From the NCBI GenBank assembly GCA_905178155.1, contig CAJINV010000001.1, positions 8,277,599 through 8,341,598 of the forward strand: a stretch of DNA of 64,000 bases, read 5' to 3'. The stretch comes from Amoebophrya sp. A120. Its lineage: Eukaryota > Protista > Dinoflagellata. The notes under the pieces were generated by a model, which saw only the letters and a list, made by a program, of their open reading frames with translations, was not told the origin of the DNA and made no database searches. Below, piece after piece: positions 36,544 to 47,176 of this stretch (its first letter is position 1; each line of letters opens with the position of its first letter). The translations under genes were made by a program, and so were the position numbers.

Positions 36544-38712
36544 CTAGTACTGTTCGTCAGGAGGCATCAAGTTGGCGCAGACGTCGAGCGAGCAGGTGGG
36601 GCACGTCCCGTGGGTTCGCACCCAATCCGCAGCACACTCCTCGTGAAACGTGTGCAAGCAGGGAAGTCTGACAACGGTGTCTGATGGCTCGAAGTCCTGA
36701 GTTGGGTATATTTTATAGTCGTCTTTACATGCGAGATACGCGTTGCGACACATCGAATTCGCAAAAGCAGGCACGTCGTCGATGAATTCATAAATTTTTT
36801 CATTTTCAAACCTGCTTGCTTGCTATATACAGAGTGATAGCAACATCAAAACTAATTATGGCGACGTCTTCTCACAAGAATCGTCTATTCTCAAGTACAA
36901 CAGTACCACAAGACAGAGCACGCACTCCTTCACGCCGCTGTGCGCGAGATACGGTGTGCGCGGCAGCTGGTTCCAGACAAAATCCCGCTCCGTCTGCTTT
37001 AGGAAGTCGTTCAAATCAGTCGGCTTTATCACAAGAAAAAAGTGTTACAGTTACACATCTGTTGTAACTTCAGCAACACAAATTTTTTCTGCATGAGAGA
37101 GAAAACTTGCCATGCAGAGAACATAAGGGACAACACGTATGAACCGAGACTCGATAGCATTTTGTGCATGACAGAGCGCGTCTCTGATGCTTGGTCTGCA
37201 ACACAATGTGTAACTGTAACACTTTGTTCTCTGCGTAGGCTTCTTGGTTTTTTTACTGCTCCCGTACAGCGAGCGGCTGAAAGAGGTCGACTGCCTATCC
37301 TGTGCAAGAGTATCGCACTCGTATTGTAATGGCAATCATGCATTAGCGTCACTTTTCCTTAAGGTAAGTCCGCATTACAAATTTTATTTCTCATGCTTAG
37401 GAAATTTGTAATGCATTTATACGAGTACGATACTTTTGCAATTCATACTGCCTCACGGGCGACAAATCCTCCTCCACTGTATCCATTATCAAATGCAAAT
37501 ATGTCTGGGTCTGGACGGATCCGAACTTGTGATGCGTGTTTCGGATCCTACAAAGATCTGTCATGCCGAACGTGCAAAGGGTGCCCACTTGTGGCCATGC
37601 TGAGAGGGCATTTCTCATGCAGAATACGCATCACCAAGGAGCTGCAGAACCTGTGATGCTAGGCCCTGCATTCCAGACGTGGGGGAGCTTGGAAAAACTG
37701 CATGACAAATCTCGGAATCTCCCGGACCCATACATTTTTGCATTTGATATCCATGTTGGTTCCGTTTTTCCGTTTTTTTCTCTTCCCTTTACGACGCAAC
37801 GAACTGTCCGAGAAAATGGAGGCCGGAGATTCCGGCGGGACCGGCGACGAGGAAGATAAAGCTGAACCAGAAGGAGCCTCTTTGTCTTTGTTCGGCGATG
37901 TTGCAACAATGTCATTTGACCTCACCTGCTGCTGCTGCCCGTTGTTCTGCTGAAGATTTATTTCCTCTTCATGGTGTTGTATCTGTGCTGGCTGCTCGCT
38001 GGCTGCTGAACGCTTCTTATTCTCCGTATCGTTTGCATCAGCAGCCCTCGGTGTTGAGCAGGCCTTCGCGATTACAGGGCTCGTGGTTAGCAGTGTCGCA
38101 GCACCAGATGTTGAAGTGGAGGCTTTTATTGGCTGTTCTTGGTCATGCGATTTCGAGTTAGTCTGCTCCTGCGACTGCGTTTTGCCGCGGTGAGAAACCC
38201 CAAATACGTCTCCATCGCCACCTTCTTCCAGCGGTGAGGATTCGTTGGCAAAGGACGACCTCGTTGCAGCGCCGACTACTTCCTCGTCGCTCCCGCCACT
38301 ACTTGCACCATTCTCAGCAGCCCGGTACTGGCGAAGCAAAGCCACGGGCACACGGACAACTGCGCTCTTCCCTACATCACTGCGCGAATCCGTTATCAGG
38401 ACTTCGCACAGATATCGCTTGGGGATGATCTCTTGCACCTCCGCAGTCACACGGAGATTGCAGATCTGCAAGAATAGTGTCCAATGGAATCAATATCACG
38501 AACTGGATGAGCAGTAACTTCTGCAGTACTTCGGAAAATGCAATCGCACATCAAACAGGCAAAAACAAGACTGGAAGGTACTGCAAAGAGAGCAGTACCT
38601 GCACGCGTTGTCCCACTTGAAGCTCGTCGCAGCTGAGCTCGCTGGGCTGTTTTCCACCGCAAAACTTTGCAAGGTGCGGGGGTGGAGCCCATTCGACGGA
38701 CACGGTGGACAT
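36544..38712 (-). CDS. RING-H2 E3 ubiquitin ligase
   Basis: After splicing: ECVLCLV|DFEPSDTVVRLPCLHTFHEECAADWVRTHGTCPTC (intron 36906-36697). Two introners are removed in frame (TNMD|TVEE, KKP|TDLN). The start MSTVSVEW is tentative. Confidence 0.8.
37027..37237. mobile_element. Introner family C, 211 bp (inverted relative to 30893-31101)
   Basis: TIR core AAAGTGTTACAGTTACACA; TSD GGCTT (37022-37026, 37238-37242). Confidence 0.85.
37487..37749. mobile_element. Introner family A, 263 bp (inverted relative to 2694-2944)
   Basis: Family A TIR with 3 mismatches; TSD TCCAT (37482-37486, 37750-37754). Confidence 0.9.
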
Positions 38713-39179
38713 AGTGGGTGGCGTTTCGCCTGTCTACTTGTCTTGAGCGCAACGGAAAGCAAGGATCGGGTTCCTGCTCGTATAGGCCGTGATGAAATGA
38801 TCATGATCTTCTCGTACGCAGATTTATTCGAGCTTGTACATTCTCTCGTCGGGGCAGCATAGTTCGTTGTACTCGAGCTCGCTCCTCACATAACGCGGAA
38901 CACCACTGAATACGAATAGAGAGCTAGCTGCAAAAAACAGGAGCGCTGCTGTTAAGTCGTGGTCTTCGACGCAACAGACCCCCTCGGTACATCTAGATTT
39001 TCGTCGCATTCGTATATGCGCAATGCATCTCTCTTGTCGTAAAGGAATTGAGGTTTTGGTAAGCCACTCAATGTTGCAAGAATGGTGTAGCTGTTCATGT
39101 GGGAGCGTCTCATAGGTTTGAAAATAAAGAAAAAGCCGCTGTGTCTTCAGAAGGAAGTTGAAGTTCCGCTAATGAGGAT

Positions 39180-39262
39180 GTACGTAACAGTAAAATCAGC
39201 ACACCGATGCCAGAAAGCAAAAGCATCCAACTCGGCGGCGTCACAAAAGAAGCTAGTTGTAC
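39180..39262 (-). promoter_or_regulatory. Candidate SECIS element
   Basis: Minus-strand RNA GUGAC-GCCGCCGAGUUGGA-loop-UCUGGCAUCGGUGUGC-UGAU: a UGAN/NGAN tandem G.A core, a ~14-bp upper helix and a lower helix. The canonical apical AA is missing. Confidence 0.55.
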
Positions 39263-39596
39263 ACCTTTCTCACCCACATTCATAGTGAGAAAGGCAAAAC
39301 AAATCAGCCGGATGAAACTACCTCTTAACTGAAGACTTATCTGGTTTCACTAGGTTGCCTGTACTTACGTGTCGTGCTGGAGGTACTAACGTAGGTACAG
39401 CGCAATGACTAGAGAAACAAATTTATCAAGCTATAGGGGTTCGAACCACGAAGGCAACATTCAGGCATTTGTAAAAAGACCAGTAATCATGGGTAGAAGA
39501 AGACACTTTCAAAAAGTACTTTAACAGGGTGGTCGCTGGGAAGGACACAGAACAACATCGCTACAGGAAAGAAGTGCTTATCGCGAAAAAAGACAA

Positions 39597-40208
39597 TTAG
39601 TTGCTGGAGATGGTGGTCGCTGGTGGTTGGGACGTTGAAGACGACGACTGCGCAGATGTACTTGCAGCTGGCGCCGCACTGCTGGAGGACGCTGAGGCGT
39701 TGTTCAACATCGGAGCGCTCAACTCTGGTCCCCGTCCGGGCGGAACGAAGTTTCGGTCGTTCATGTCTCCACCTCTCCCCGCAGGCGGCTGCTCTCTCCT
39801 GTTGTCCCGGCCGCCTCGCCCGTTTTTGTTGTTCATATCGTCTTTTTTCTTCTTCTTTTTCGCGTGTTGCGGTCTTCTGCCGCGGCCCTGATAGCCGCTC
39901 GCGTCGAAGTCAGATGAGTCGCTGCTGCCGGAGCTTTCGCTACTCGATTCCCCGAACTCTCGGGGTTTGTGGTAGATTCAGCATTTCTTGGAGGACTTCT
40001 TGCCCATCCCCTCGTTGTCGATCACGTCCTCGTCCCAGGTCACGTTCACCACGGTGCGCGGCCGCAAGCGCAGGTGCAGGACAGGGGGCTCCTGGGTTGT
40101 CACCGTGGTGGTTGACGAGGAAGCGGCTGTCTGTTGTGGATTATTTCCACTGCTACTTGATGCCGACGGCTGGTGCGCCGCGGCTGACGGCAGCCCGCTA
40201 TTCGCCAT
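39597..40208 (-). CDS. YPI1: Protein phosphatase 1 Inhibitor-3 (Ypi1/PPP1R11) with in-frame TGA at codon 77
   Basis: VLHLRL...NVTWDEDVIDNEGMGKKSSKKC[TGA]IYHKPREFGESSSES. The frame stays open for 126 more codons to TAA at 39597. Confidence 0.88.
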
Positions 40209-41028
40209 AAGTGATGTTGTTGTCAATGCTTTTACTTGGAGCGGTGGTCGTGTTGAAAGCTAGTAAGTAGCTGCTCCACGGGTGTCGCAAACGACGGGAA
40301 ACTACCGAGAACGAGAAGTTCTTCGATAAAATTTCTTGCAAGTAGACGTAAAAGTAAATCTATCCTGGCACTTGCAAAAAAAAAACTCACTCTCGGACAG
40401 AACAGGAGCTCTCTGACTAACCAAGTGAAGAAAAAAAAAGTCGAGCTTTCGAATGTGCGCACGTGAAAATATCAAGGAGGCCTGTGCAAAGTGGAATCAA
40501 TCTATTCATGTTGTGCAGGAGAACTTTTCAGGGACTTCTGGTTGGTAACAATGGAGAAAATCACTTCTCTCTTCACCGTTCAAACATCTCGTCTAAAGTA
40601 TAAAATCTCGGTACATGTTGTTCTTTCGGCATCCGAGATGATACACTTGGTATCGGATTTCATCGATTTTTTCCTTTGCTTCTTCTATATTGTTCATCGA
40701 GCAGGCTGGGCTGGTTAGATTTCCATCTTCTGAGAAGTAGAACTTTTGTCGCCAAGCATTTTGATCGGAATGCACCGACGTAGCTGTAGCAGTTGAACTT
40801 GCAGAATTTAGTCGTAGCGGAAGTAGAACAGCCTCCTCTTTCAGTTTCAGTAGCAGAAACGAGGAGAATCGATCTCGATCAATTATGGCGCGGCCAATTC
40901 TTCCATGCATACTGTCGCTTCTTTGCGCTGTCGCGTGGTACGATCCAACAATCCGGGACCGCTTTCCGACATTTGGGTCGTCCTCGGGAAGATTTTTGCG
41001 TTCAAATTGAATCTACACGTAGGAGTGT

Positions 41029-41544
41029 TCAAATTACCCCAGTAGTTCGGGTACTAACCGCCTGTACCTCGGCCATTTTCTGCATCAGGCCGCCAGACAG
41101 CGTGCCCCAGGGATTCGCGTTCTTCCCCTCGAGAACTTTCCTTGCCACTGACTCTAACACTTCAAACTTCACTATATGGGGCCCAGGTACCATGATCAGC
41201 GACACGTTGCGCTCGGTCATCTTCGCGAGCTTTGCTCTTCGAATGTCGTTCAACTGGAGTTTTGACAGAGAGTCGGCGCCCTGCCCCGCCGACATCTCTT
41301 CTATCGCCTTCGCCTCCGCTTCTATTGCCTCTCGCTCGGACTCCTCGTCCAAAAACGCCCGCTCGATGGTCGAGAGCAAGATTATGTTCTTCATTCCGTC
41401 GACACACCAGAGGTAGCCCTCCAGAATGCGCCCATCCGTCACGGTCACGCGCACGGTGGAGTCGAGCAGCGCCGCGAGCTTGGGTGACTTGTGATTCACG
41501 TTCTGCTCCTTGCGCCCCTCGCTGTACTGCACGTCGAGCGACAT
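41029..41544 (-). CDS. NAA38: Sm-like NatC auxiliary subunit (NAA38/LSMD1/Mak31)
   Basis: LAALLDSTVRVTVTDGRILEGYLWCVD..NIIL ... RNVSLIMVPGPHIVKFEV. Confidence 0.78.
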   Translation of the reverse strand: MSLDVQYSEGRKEQNVNHKSPKLAALLDSTVRVTVTDGRILEGYLWCVDGMKNIILLSTIERAFLDEESEREAIEAEAKAIEEMSAGQGADSLSKLQLNDIRRAKLAKMTERNVSLIMVPGPHIVKFEVLESVARKVLEGKNANPWGTLSGGLMQKMAEVQAVSTRTTGVI

Positions 41545-42226
41545 CTTTCCGTACTCGAGAGGAAACTTCTACTTCCGCTAGTACTATACTATGTAAGACT
41601 ACGAGAGAGATAAAACTACGCCGCAAGACTACTTATTTCGCTTGGGAAAAGAAATCTTAGGCTTTTTACTCTATTCGACAAACCTACTTACAAGCGTCGC
41701 CGCGGGCGTTGCTACACGCCATCATGGCGGCAATAGTTCATCGTTTCACATCGTCGCTGATCAGCAAACCAAAAAAAGAGAATGTTGTTGATCATCGTCG
41801 AAAAAGGAAAAAAGCACGTCGTGTTGTATACTCTCATCTTCGTCGAGGTCTAGATCAAGGTCTGCAGCCACGCTTCAGGCTGGACACGACCGCACAAGCA
41901 CAGGCAGAGATCCCAATTTTGCTTTGTGTACCTGCCGAGTGCCGAACACGGTGCCAACTTTAATACTGAAAGGAGATCATGAGAGATGACGTCTTCCTCT
42001 TTGTAGAAGCTAAAGTGTTCTCCCATTTACTACTCTTGCTTTTCTCTTTCTACTCTGGAGCTGAATTCATGTTGTCGTTGTGGCCCTACATTCGGCTATT
42101 GACTTTCGGCAAAAGCAAAACCGTTTTTTATCAAACGCAAAACCGTTTTTATCACGCGCGTAGTACAGGAATTCATTTATCACATGTCGCATTTTCGCCA
42201 TGACGCTGATGCATGTGCCGACACGG

Positions 42227-42915
42227 CTAAATCGAGTCCTGCCTAAATTCCTGAACCAGGGTGTGGTACTCGGGCTCCGCCTGGAAACCCGGCACCAGTG
42301 CCATGGCCTGTGGCATTTTATGGCGCTCCAGGTGCAACGACCGGGGCGCGCCTAGTGGGTAACTTGTGTCCAATATCCCACAGAAAGAAGCTGGCAGGGC
42401 ATATTTGTAATGCAAAAGTAAATACACAGAAAAATCTGTTATGGGCGGCCTCATAGCATGCTGTTTAGGATACGCTATACAGATTTTTTTCTGTATCTAT
42501 TTTTGCATTATAAATGTGACCTGCCAGCTTTTTTCTGTGGGATATCCAAAAACTTGTCCAGCGTGGTCGTTGGGTAGCGAATGTCGTAGGGGCGAATGTC
42601 CACGCCCGGCATCTCCCCGTTGTCTCCCTCGGGAGGCAGTGGCGCGTCGCCCGCGAAAGACGTGATAAGGAATCTACACCTTGTGCTGCTCGCCGGGCGC
42701 ATCGCTTGCATAAACCGGCTCCCCATTCTCGTTCTTGAAGAACTCGTCGAACGAGCACTGCCGGACCCGAAAAGAGGTAGAGGTTTCCACCCTACTACTG
42801 TCGGTACATCATCTTCTCCGTGCACGGTGCTACCCGCAACTCCCGCTCCACCGCTTCTGAATGTCGCCAGAATCTCTTCAATCATGCCGAAACCGCTTTT
42901 TGAGGACAGAGACAT
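42227..42915 (-). CDS. Hypothetical protein split by an introner
   Basis: ORFs 42508-42915 and 42227-42454 join in frame (LDKFLD|TSYPLG) after removal of the element plus one TSD. Confidence 0.6.
42374..42544. mobile_element. Introner family D, 171-bp foldback
   Basis: ~66-bp imperfect TIR beginning TATCCCACAGAAA.AAGCTGGCAGG; TSD TCCAA (42369-42373, 42545-42549). Confidence 0.9.
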
Positions 42916-43307
42916 CTATCTGCCACTACAGCCCGCAGCTCATGAGGCTTTTACGTGACGAGCAAAGACTGCAACTCCGACTGCAGGAGCTCCCTGCAGT
43001 TTCAATGAGCTGGTCGAAGATGTATGTGGTAGCGTAGAAAAACGACTGACAAGCCCGATTTCGCCAATTGACGACGACGAATAGCGACGATTTTTCGAGG
43101 CCCGGATTGCGATCGGCAACACGACTCAGCTTGTTGTGCACGACGAGCGATTCTGACCTGTCACGAAGCGATCTCGGCCTCGCGAAACTCGAACAACGAC
43201 CTGTGGTCGATCGCCAAGTTACTCCTCGATCATGCAACTCCTCGAATGCGCATGCACCAAACGGCTTTGTTACTCCTTAGCTAGTCCGAAAATGACTGCC
43301 ACGACCC

Positions 43308-45005
43308 TCATGTTGACTCTTCGATAAACTCACGGTAGCCGAAGGGACTGGAGCCTGTGTTCAAATTGTCGAAAAACTTCGGAATCTCTTCGCCGCCGCT
43401 CGAAACGCTATCACGACCCTCTTCCTCCCCCTCGTCAACCTCCCGCGGGCCGAAAAGCCGGTAAAAAAACGGTTTCCCCCCGTACATGCGCGGAAATCTC
43501 CGCACGGTTACCCACTGATTCGTAGCGGGATCCCGCAGCTGCGCCGCCACGGGGCCCACACCCGGCAGATTCTCGTGCCACATCCGCACACAGTACACCT
43601 TTTCGTTGTGCACCAGCTTCGAACCCAACCAATGTAACCCGGAAGACGTGTTGTCAATGTTTGAGGTAGTTGCCGCCGTTCCAAATGTAGTTCCAAGCGC
43701 GGACGATGTTGACACAGACACTAAGCCCAACGCATCATCTTCACCGTTATTGATTTGATCAGTTGAAACAACGGTTCCTGTTGCGTCGTCCTGCGCGAAC
43801 ATGTCTTGCGTCCCTGCCGCCGGAGAAATCTTTTCCACCACTTCCTCTTGCCGCTGCGACAGCCAGAAACCGAAGGAGAAGGGGTCGAACGCGTTGCTGG
43901 CAAAGTGCAGCTTCTGATGCCCAGACGAGATCGCGACGGACCGTGTGGCCCGCACAGTGCACTCGGGATTTACGTAGAACTCTACCTCGCGGACGTGCCA
44001 GGTTCCGAGATCCTCATCATCCACGACAAACCGCCACTGTTTGCTGTAATTCGGCGGCGGGGTCCCGAAGGGAATGACCGCAAGCGTTTCGTTCAGACAG
44101 CACGTGCGGAAGGTGTATTGCCGCCCGTTCCAGCAGTCGGGAGGAGAAACTTTTGCGCTGGGGAGGGGTCGAAAATCGTTTATGTCTTCGTCGAAGCTCT
44201 CGCAGCATGAGCGGTACGAAGGTACTAACTCTGGCTGAGAAGTAGATTCCGGACCCTGTTCAACACCATCCGTCGTTGCGGTCGCTCCGAAACGCCGCCT
44301 GTTCCAGCACGTTTTCACGCGGATGTGGTCTAGCTTCGGTCCGGTTGTGAAAACTGGATCGTACGAAGCGCGACTGTCCTCGTCCGGCTCAGCCCGTTCT
44401 GTCTGCCGTGTGCCAGCATTTTTTGTAGGTGTGGCCGGAAAACCTGTGCCTGTTCGCGCTCTCGCCGTCAGGTAGTGCCAGTGCTCGTGCTGCCATCTCC
44501 GCAAGGAGCAGGTGGCGTTGTACAGCAGGAATGCTCGGTCGGTTTCTTTCTCCGGTGCAACGCCGAAGGCAGACCGGTGCAGCTGCTGCAGCTCCAGCTG
44601 GTGCTCCAAGTCGGTCTGACTGCCACCGCTGGCGGTGCCTGAATAGCCGCTAATAGGAGGTAGGCTTTTCGTAGTACTGTAAAGCCGACTAGTTGTATCT
44701 GTTACATTGGTGGCACTGTAAGTTTCTTCGGCCCTCTCGATCGCAACGATGCTTCCACACGGGGTCAGGGGCCGCAAACGGAGGTTACCGCTCTCGGAGG
44801 GCAAAAGCGCTCCTGCTCGAGCTTTTTCAGCTGGTCGTGATGAAGCGTCCTCTCGTCCAAAGGCCGCCGAGTTGTCTTGTGCTCCTTTTTGCACCTGGCG
44901 GGGCAAGAAAATCCCCTTCGGGTCCCCTTCTCCTGTGACAGAAATCGCGGAGTCGAGCACCCCAAAATAATTCAGGAGAAATGACCTACGCACTAACCAC
45001 ACCAT
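43308..45005 (-). CDS. Putative secreted protein with Cys motif and discoidin/galactose-binding-like domain
   Basis: 565-aa ORF with a CC...CW.G..YT...CC motif and WRF...WHVREVEFY..ISSG..ASNAFD..W..WLG..VYCVRMW. Confidence 0.6.
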   Translation of the reverse strand: MVWLVRRSFLLNYFGVLDSAISVTGEGDPKGIFLPRQVQKGAQDNSAAFGREDASSRPAEKARAGALLPSESGNLRLRPLTPCGSIVAIERAEETYSATNVTDTTSRLYSTTKSLPPISGYSGTASGGSQTDLEHQLELQQLHRSAFGVAPEKETDRAFLLYNATCSLRRWQHEHWHYLTARARTGTGFPATPTKNAGTRQTERAEPDEDSRASYDPVFTTGPKLDHIRVKTCWNRRRFGATATTDGVEQGPESTSQPELVPSYRSCCESFDEDINDFRPLPSAKVSPPDCWNGRQYTFRTCCLNETLAVIPFGTPPPNYSKQWRFVVDDEDLGTWHVREVEFYVNPECTVRATRSVAISSGHQKLHFASNAFDPFSFGFWLSQRQEEVVEKISPAAGTQDMFAQDDATGTVVSTDQINNGEDDALGLVSVSTSSALGTTFGTAATTSNIDNTSSGLHWLGSKLVHNEKVYCVRMWHENLPGVGPVAAQLRDPATNQWVTVRRFPRMYGGKPFFYRLFGPREVDEGEEEGRDSVSSGGEEIPKFFDNLNTGSSPFGYREFIEEST

Positions 45006-45733
45006 TGTCGGTACTAGCGGTTTTCAAAACGCAAATTTGCTCTACACACGGCGAGGCGCTAAACGCAGGCACAGGCTCTACGCCAGACACAATGTTGGGC
45101 TCCTTCATTATCACCCGCAATGACAGGACTGCAATGCTAACCGCAAGACCCATGGAAGTAACGACCGCCGGAACACGCAGCGAATTAGAGCGATTTCTTT
45201 CCAGAAGTTGGATTACATCCACATCATTCATATATATCATCCTGATCCGCTGGAAGCGGAATGAACGGCTGCGCATCACATTGCTGTGTCTCGTCTGTTC
45301 CAGAGACCATCCTTCTTCCGGTGCGCATATCTACTGATCAAGCGCCTGCTCGCGGGGTCTCAAAAAGTGGCTCGCGTTGGGCTCCTCCTCGCCGCGAGAT
45401 TTTACTTAATTCAGAAGCCACTACGGACCCAGCGCAAATCAGGCCAAGTTTCAGAGTGGAGCTTTAGTATCGGTTATCTTTCCACAGATAGGTCGATGTA
45501 GTTGTACTATCGACATTTTCCTTGTTATATCGACTCTACTATAAAAACGCGACTTACTATATTCCTCCTCTATTTCGGACCAGCAAGAACTCCGCTTCAT
45601 CGATCCTTAAGTTCACGTGCAAAACCAAAACCACGACTCTTTCAGCCGCGCTATAAAGTCGGGCCAGGAGGACTCCACCAGCGACAACTTTTATCTATCA
45701 CCACTTATTTTTAAGTACACATCCGGTAGTGGA

Positions 45734-46561
45734 CTAGAAGTAGAAGTCGGTGGCTTTCGCTCCAAGCTGGTTCGAGTCAAGTTCAACGTATACCGGCCCG
45801 CGCACGCCCTTGTGCTGCTCGACGAACTCTTGCCAAACGCAAGATCTCGAATCATCTTTGTCCCACGACTCCGTCTGCTGAATCGATCCTTTAGGAAAGT
45901 CACCAGACTTGAAGTTGTAAAACGGGTTCTCGAGCTGTGGGCTTCTGTTTGTGTTTCTCTCCCCCGGGGCGGCCACTCCTGTCTGCAGGGATCTTCGCAC
46001 ATTTGCGTAGTTATGGCTCCTCCCGCGGAGGTCGCTGTTTAATGATCTCCAGGAGTTCTTGTTCTCACGGCCGTTCTGCGAGACCCCGTCTGCAAACGCG
46101 CGCCTCCCAAGTTGATTTACCGGCACCGCAGGTGTAGAGGTTCTTGTAGAATGTGCGAGAACTGCGAAATGTTGTTGTTGTTTTTTGATCGCGCTGCATT
46201 CGACTCTTCCACTACTTCTCAGTCTCCCGTACTCCAGCGCGCAGTGCTGTTGTAACAAGGGGTAATCCAGGTATCCTTTGTGCGCTCCATTCTGCTTTTT
46301 GATAGCGGCCAGAAGTGCCGGGTAGTCGCTTATTGTGCACAAATCGCAAAGCTCGTCGGTGGTGGTGTGGTTCAGAAGGAGTTGGGTTGCCGGAGGAATG
46401 CTGGAGCCCTGCACAAACAGCTTTTGTTTGATCGCCGCAACCGTGTCATGTTCCTCGAACGCCACTACGGCCTCCGTCGTCTTCCTGTCCCGTTCCGTCG
46501 GCAGCTGCTTCGAGAAGCTCTCGTTCGGGCCAGCAAAACATACCCCAACGAAAAGCATCAT
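45734..46561 (-). CDS. Ubiquitin-like-domain protein
   Basis: DTVAAIKQKL..SIPPATQLLL....L.D..TISDY pattern. Confidence 0.55.
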   Translation of the reverse strand: MMLFVGVCFAGPNESFSKQLPTERDRKTTEAVVAFEEHDTVAAIKQKLFVQGSSIPPATQLLLNHTTTDELCDLCTISDYPALLAAIKKQNGAHKGYLDYPLLQQHCALEYGRLRSSGRVECSAIKKQQQHFAVLAHSTRTSTPAVPVNQLGRRAFADGVSQNGRENKNSWRSLNSDLRGRSHNYANVRRSLQTGVAAPGERNTNRSPQLENPFYNFKSGDFPKGSIQQTESWDKDDSRSCVWQEFVEQHKGVRGPVYVELDSNQLGAKATDFYF

Positions 46562-47176
46562 TTTACTACCTTTTTGGTTGCGTTGCTCGTAAGGTTGTTC
46601 AAGTGACCTGTTGGCGTTCTGGTCTGCAAATCAAAAAACAAAATAACAACCATCCATCATACATATCGGATCTGGTGGATGCGCTTGCTAACAACCGATT
46701 CGATTTTTCACTTTTGATCATGATCTAGATCTTCGTCAGCTTTTGCATATACACAGTCATCATCACGATGAAGGAAGCTTTCACAGTTGATGAAGGCAAT
46801 CGCAGTCAGTAGGTATCGTTCTCGGAAAAAGTGCACGCAAATTCCTTTTGCTTTCGGTGTTCATGATTCAACACAAAAAGGGAAAGAACATAACAAACTG
46901 GAACCCATTTGATTCCGGGCCTCGACATGCGCGAGTGCGTTCAGAAGGCCATGGAATGAAAATGATCGGTCTGCTCGTCATTATATTTGAATCCAATGCG
47001 CATCCATTCGTTGCATTCATATTCATAGCACTACAACAGCAGCAGCAAAACTGCACCCTACTTACCTCCTGAATTGTTCACTCTCAATTAATTTGCTGCA
47101 TTTTTTCTTGCGTAAGTATTTGGATCACATCTTAACACAGCACAGTGCTGATGCATCAGCGTGGCAAAAAGGCACA

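Noticed and set aside
2694-37749. Recurrent peptide IKCKNVWVWK in many ORFs
   Set aside because: It is the translation of the family A TIR, not a protein family.
39095-39490. AUGA-type SECIS candidates at other ATGA sites in the Inhibitor-3 3' flank
   Set aside because: None has a convincing helix II with an opposing GA.
11929-42544. TIR mismatches biased to G.U on the transcribed strand
   Set aside because: True for 11929 and 29947, but 42374 and 37487 show opposite or mixed patterns, so there is no consistent signal.
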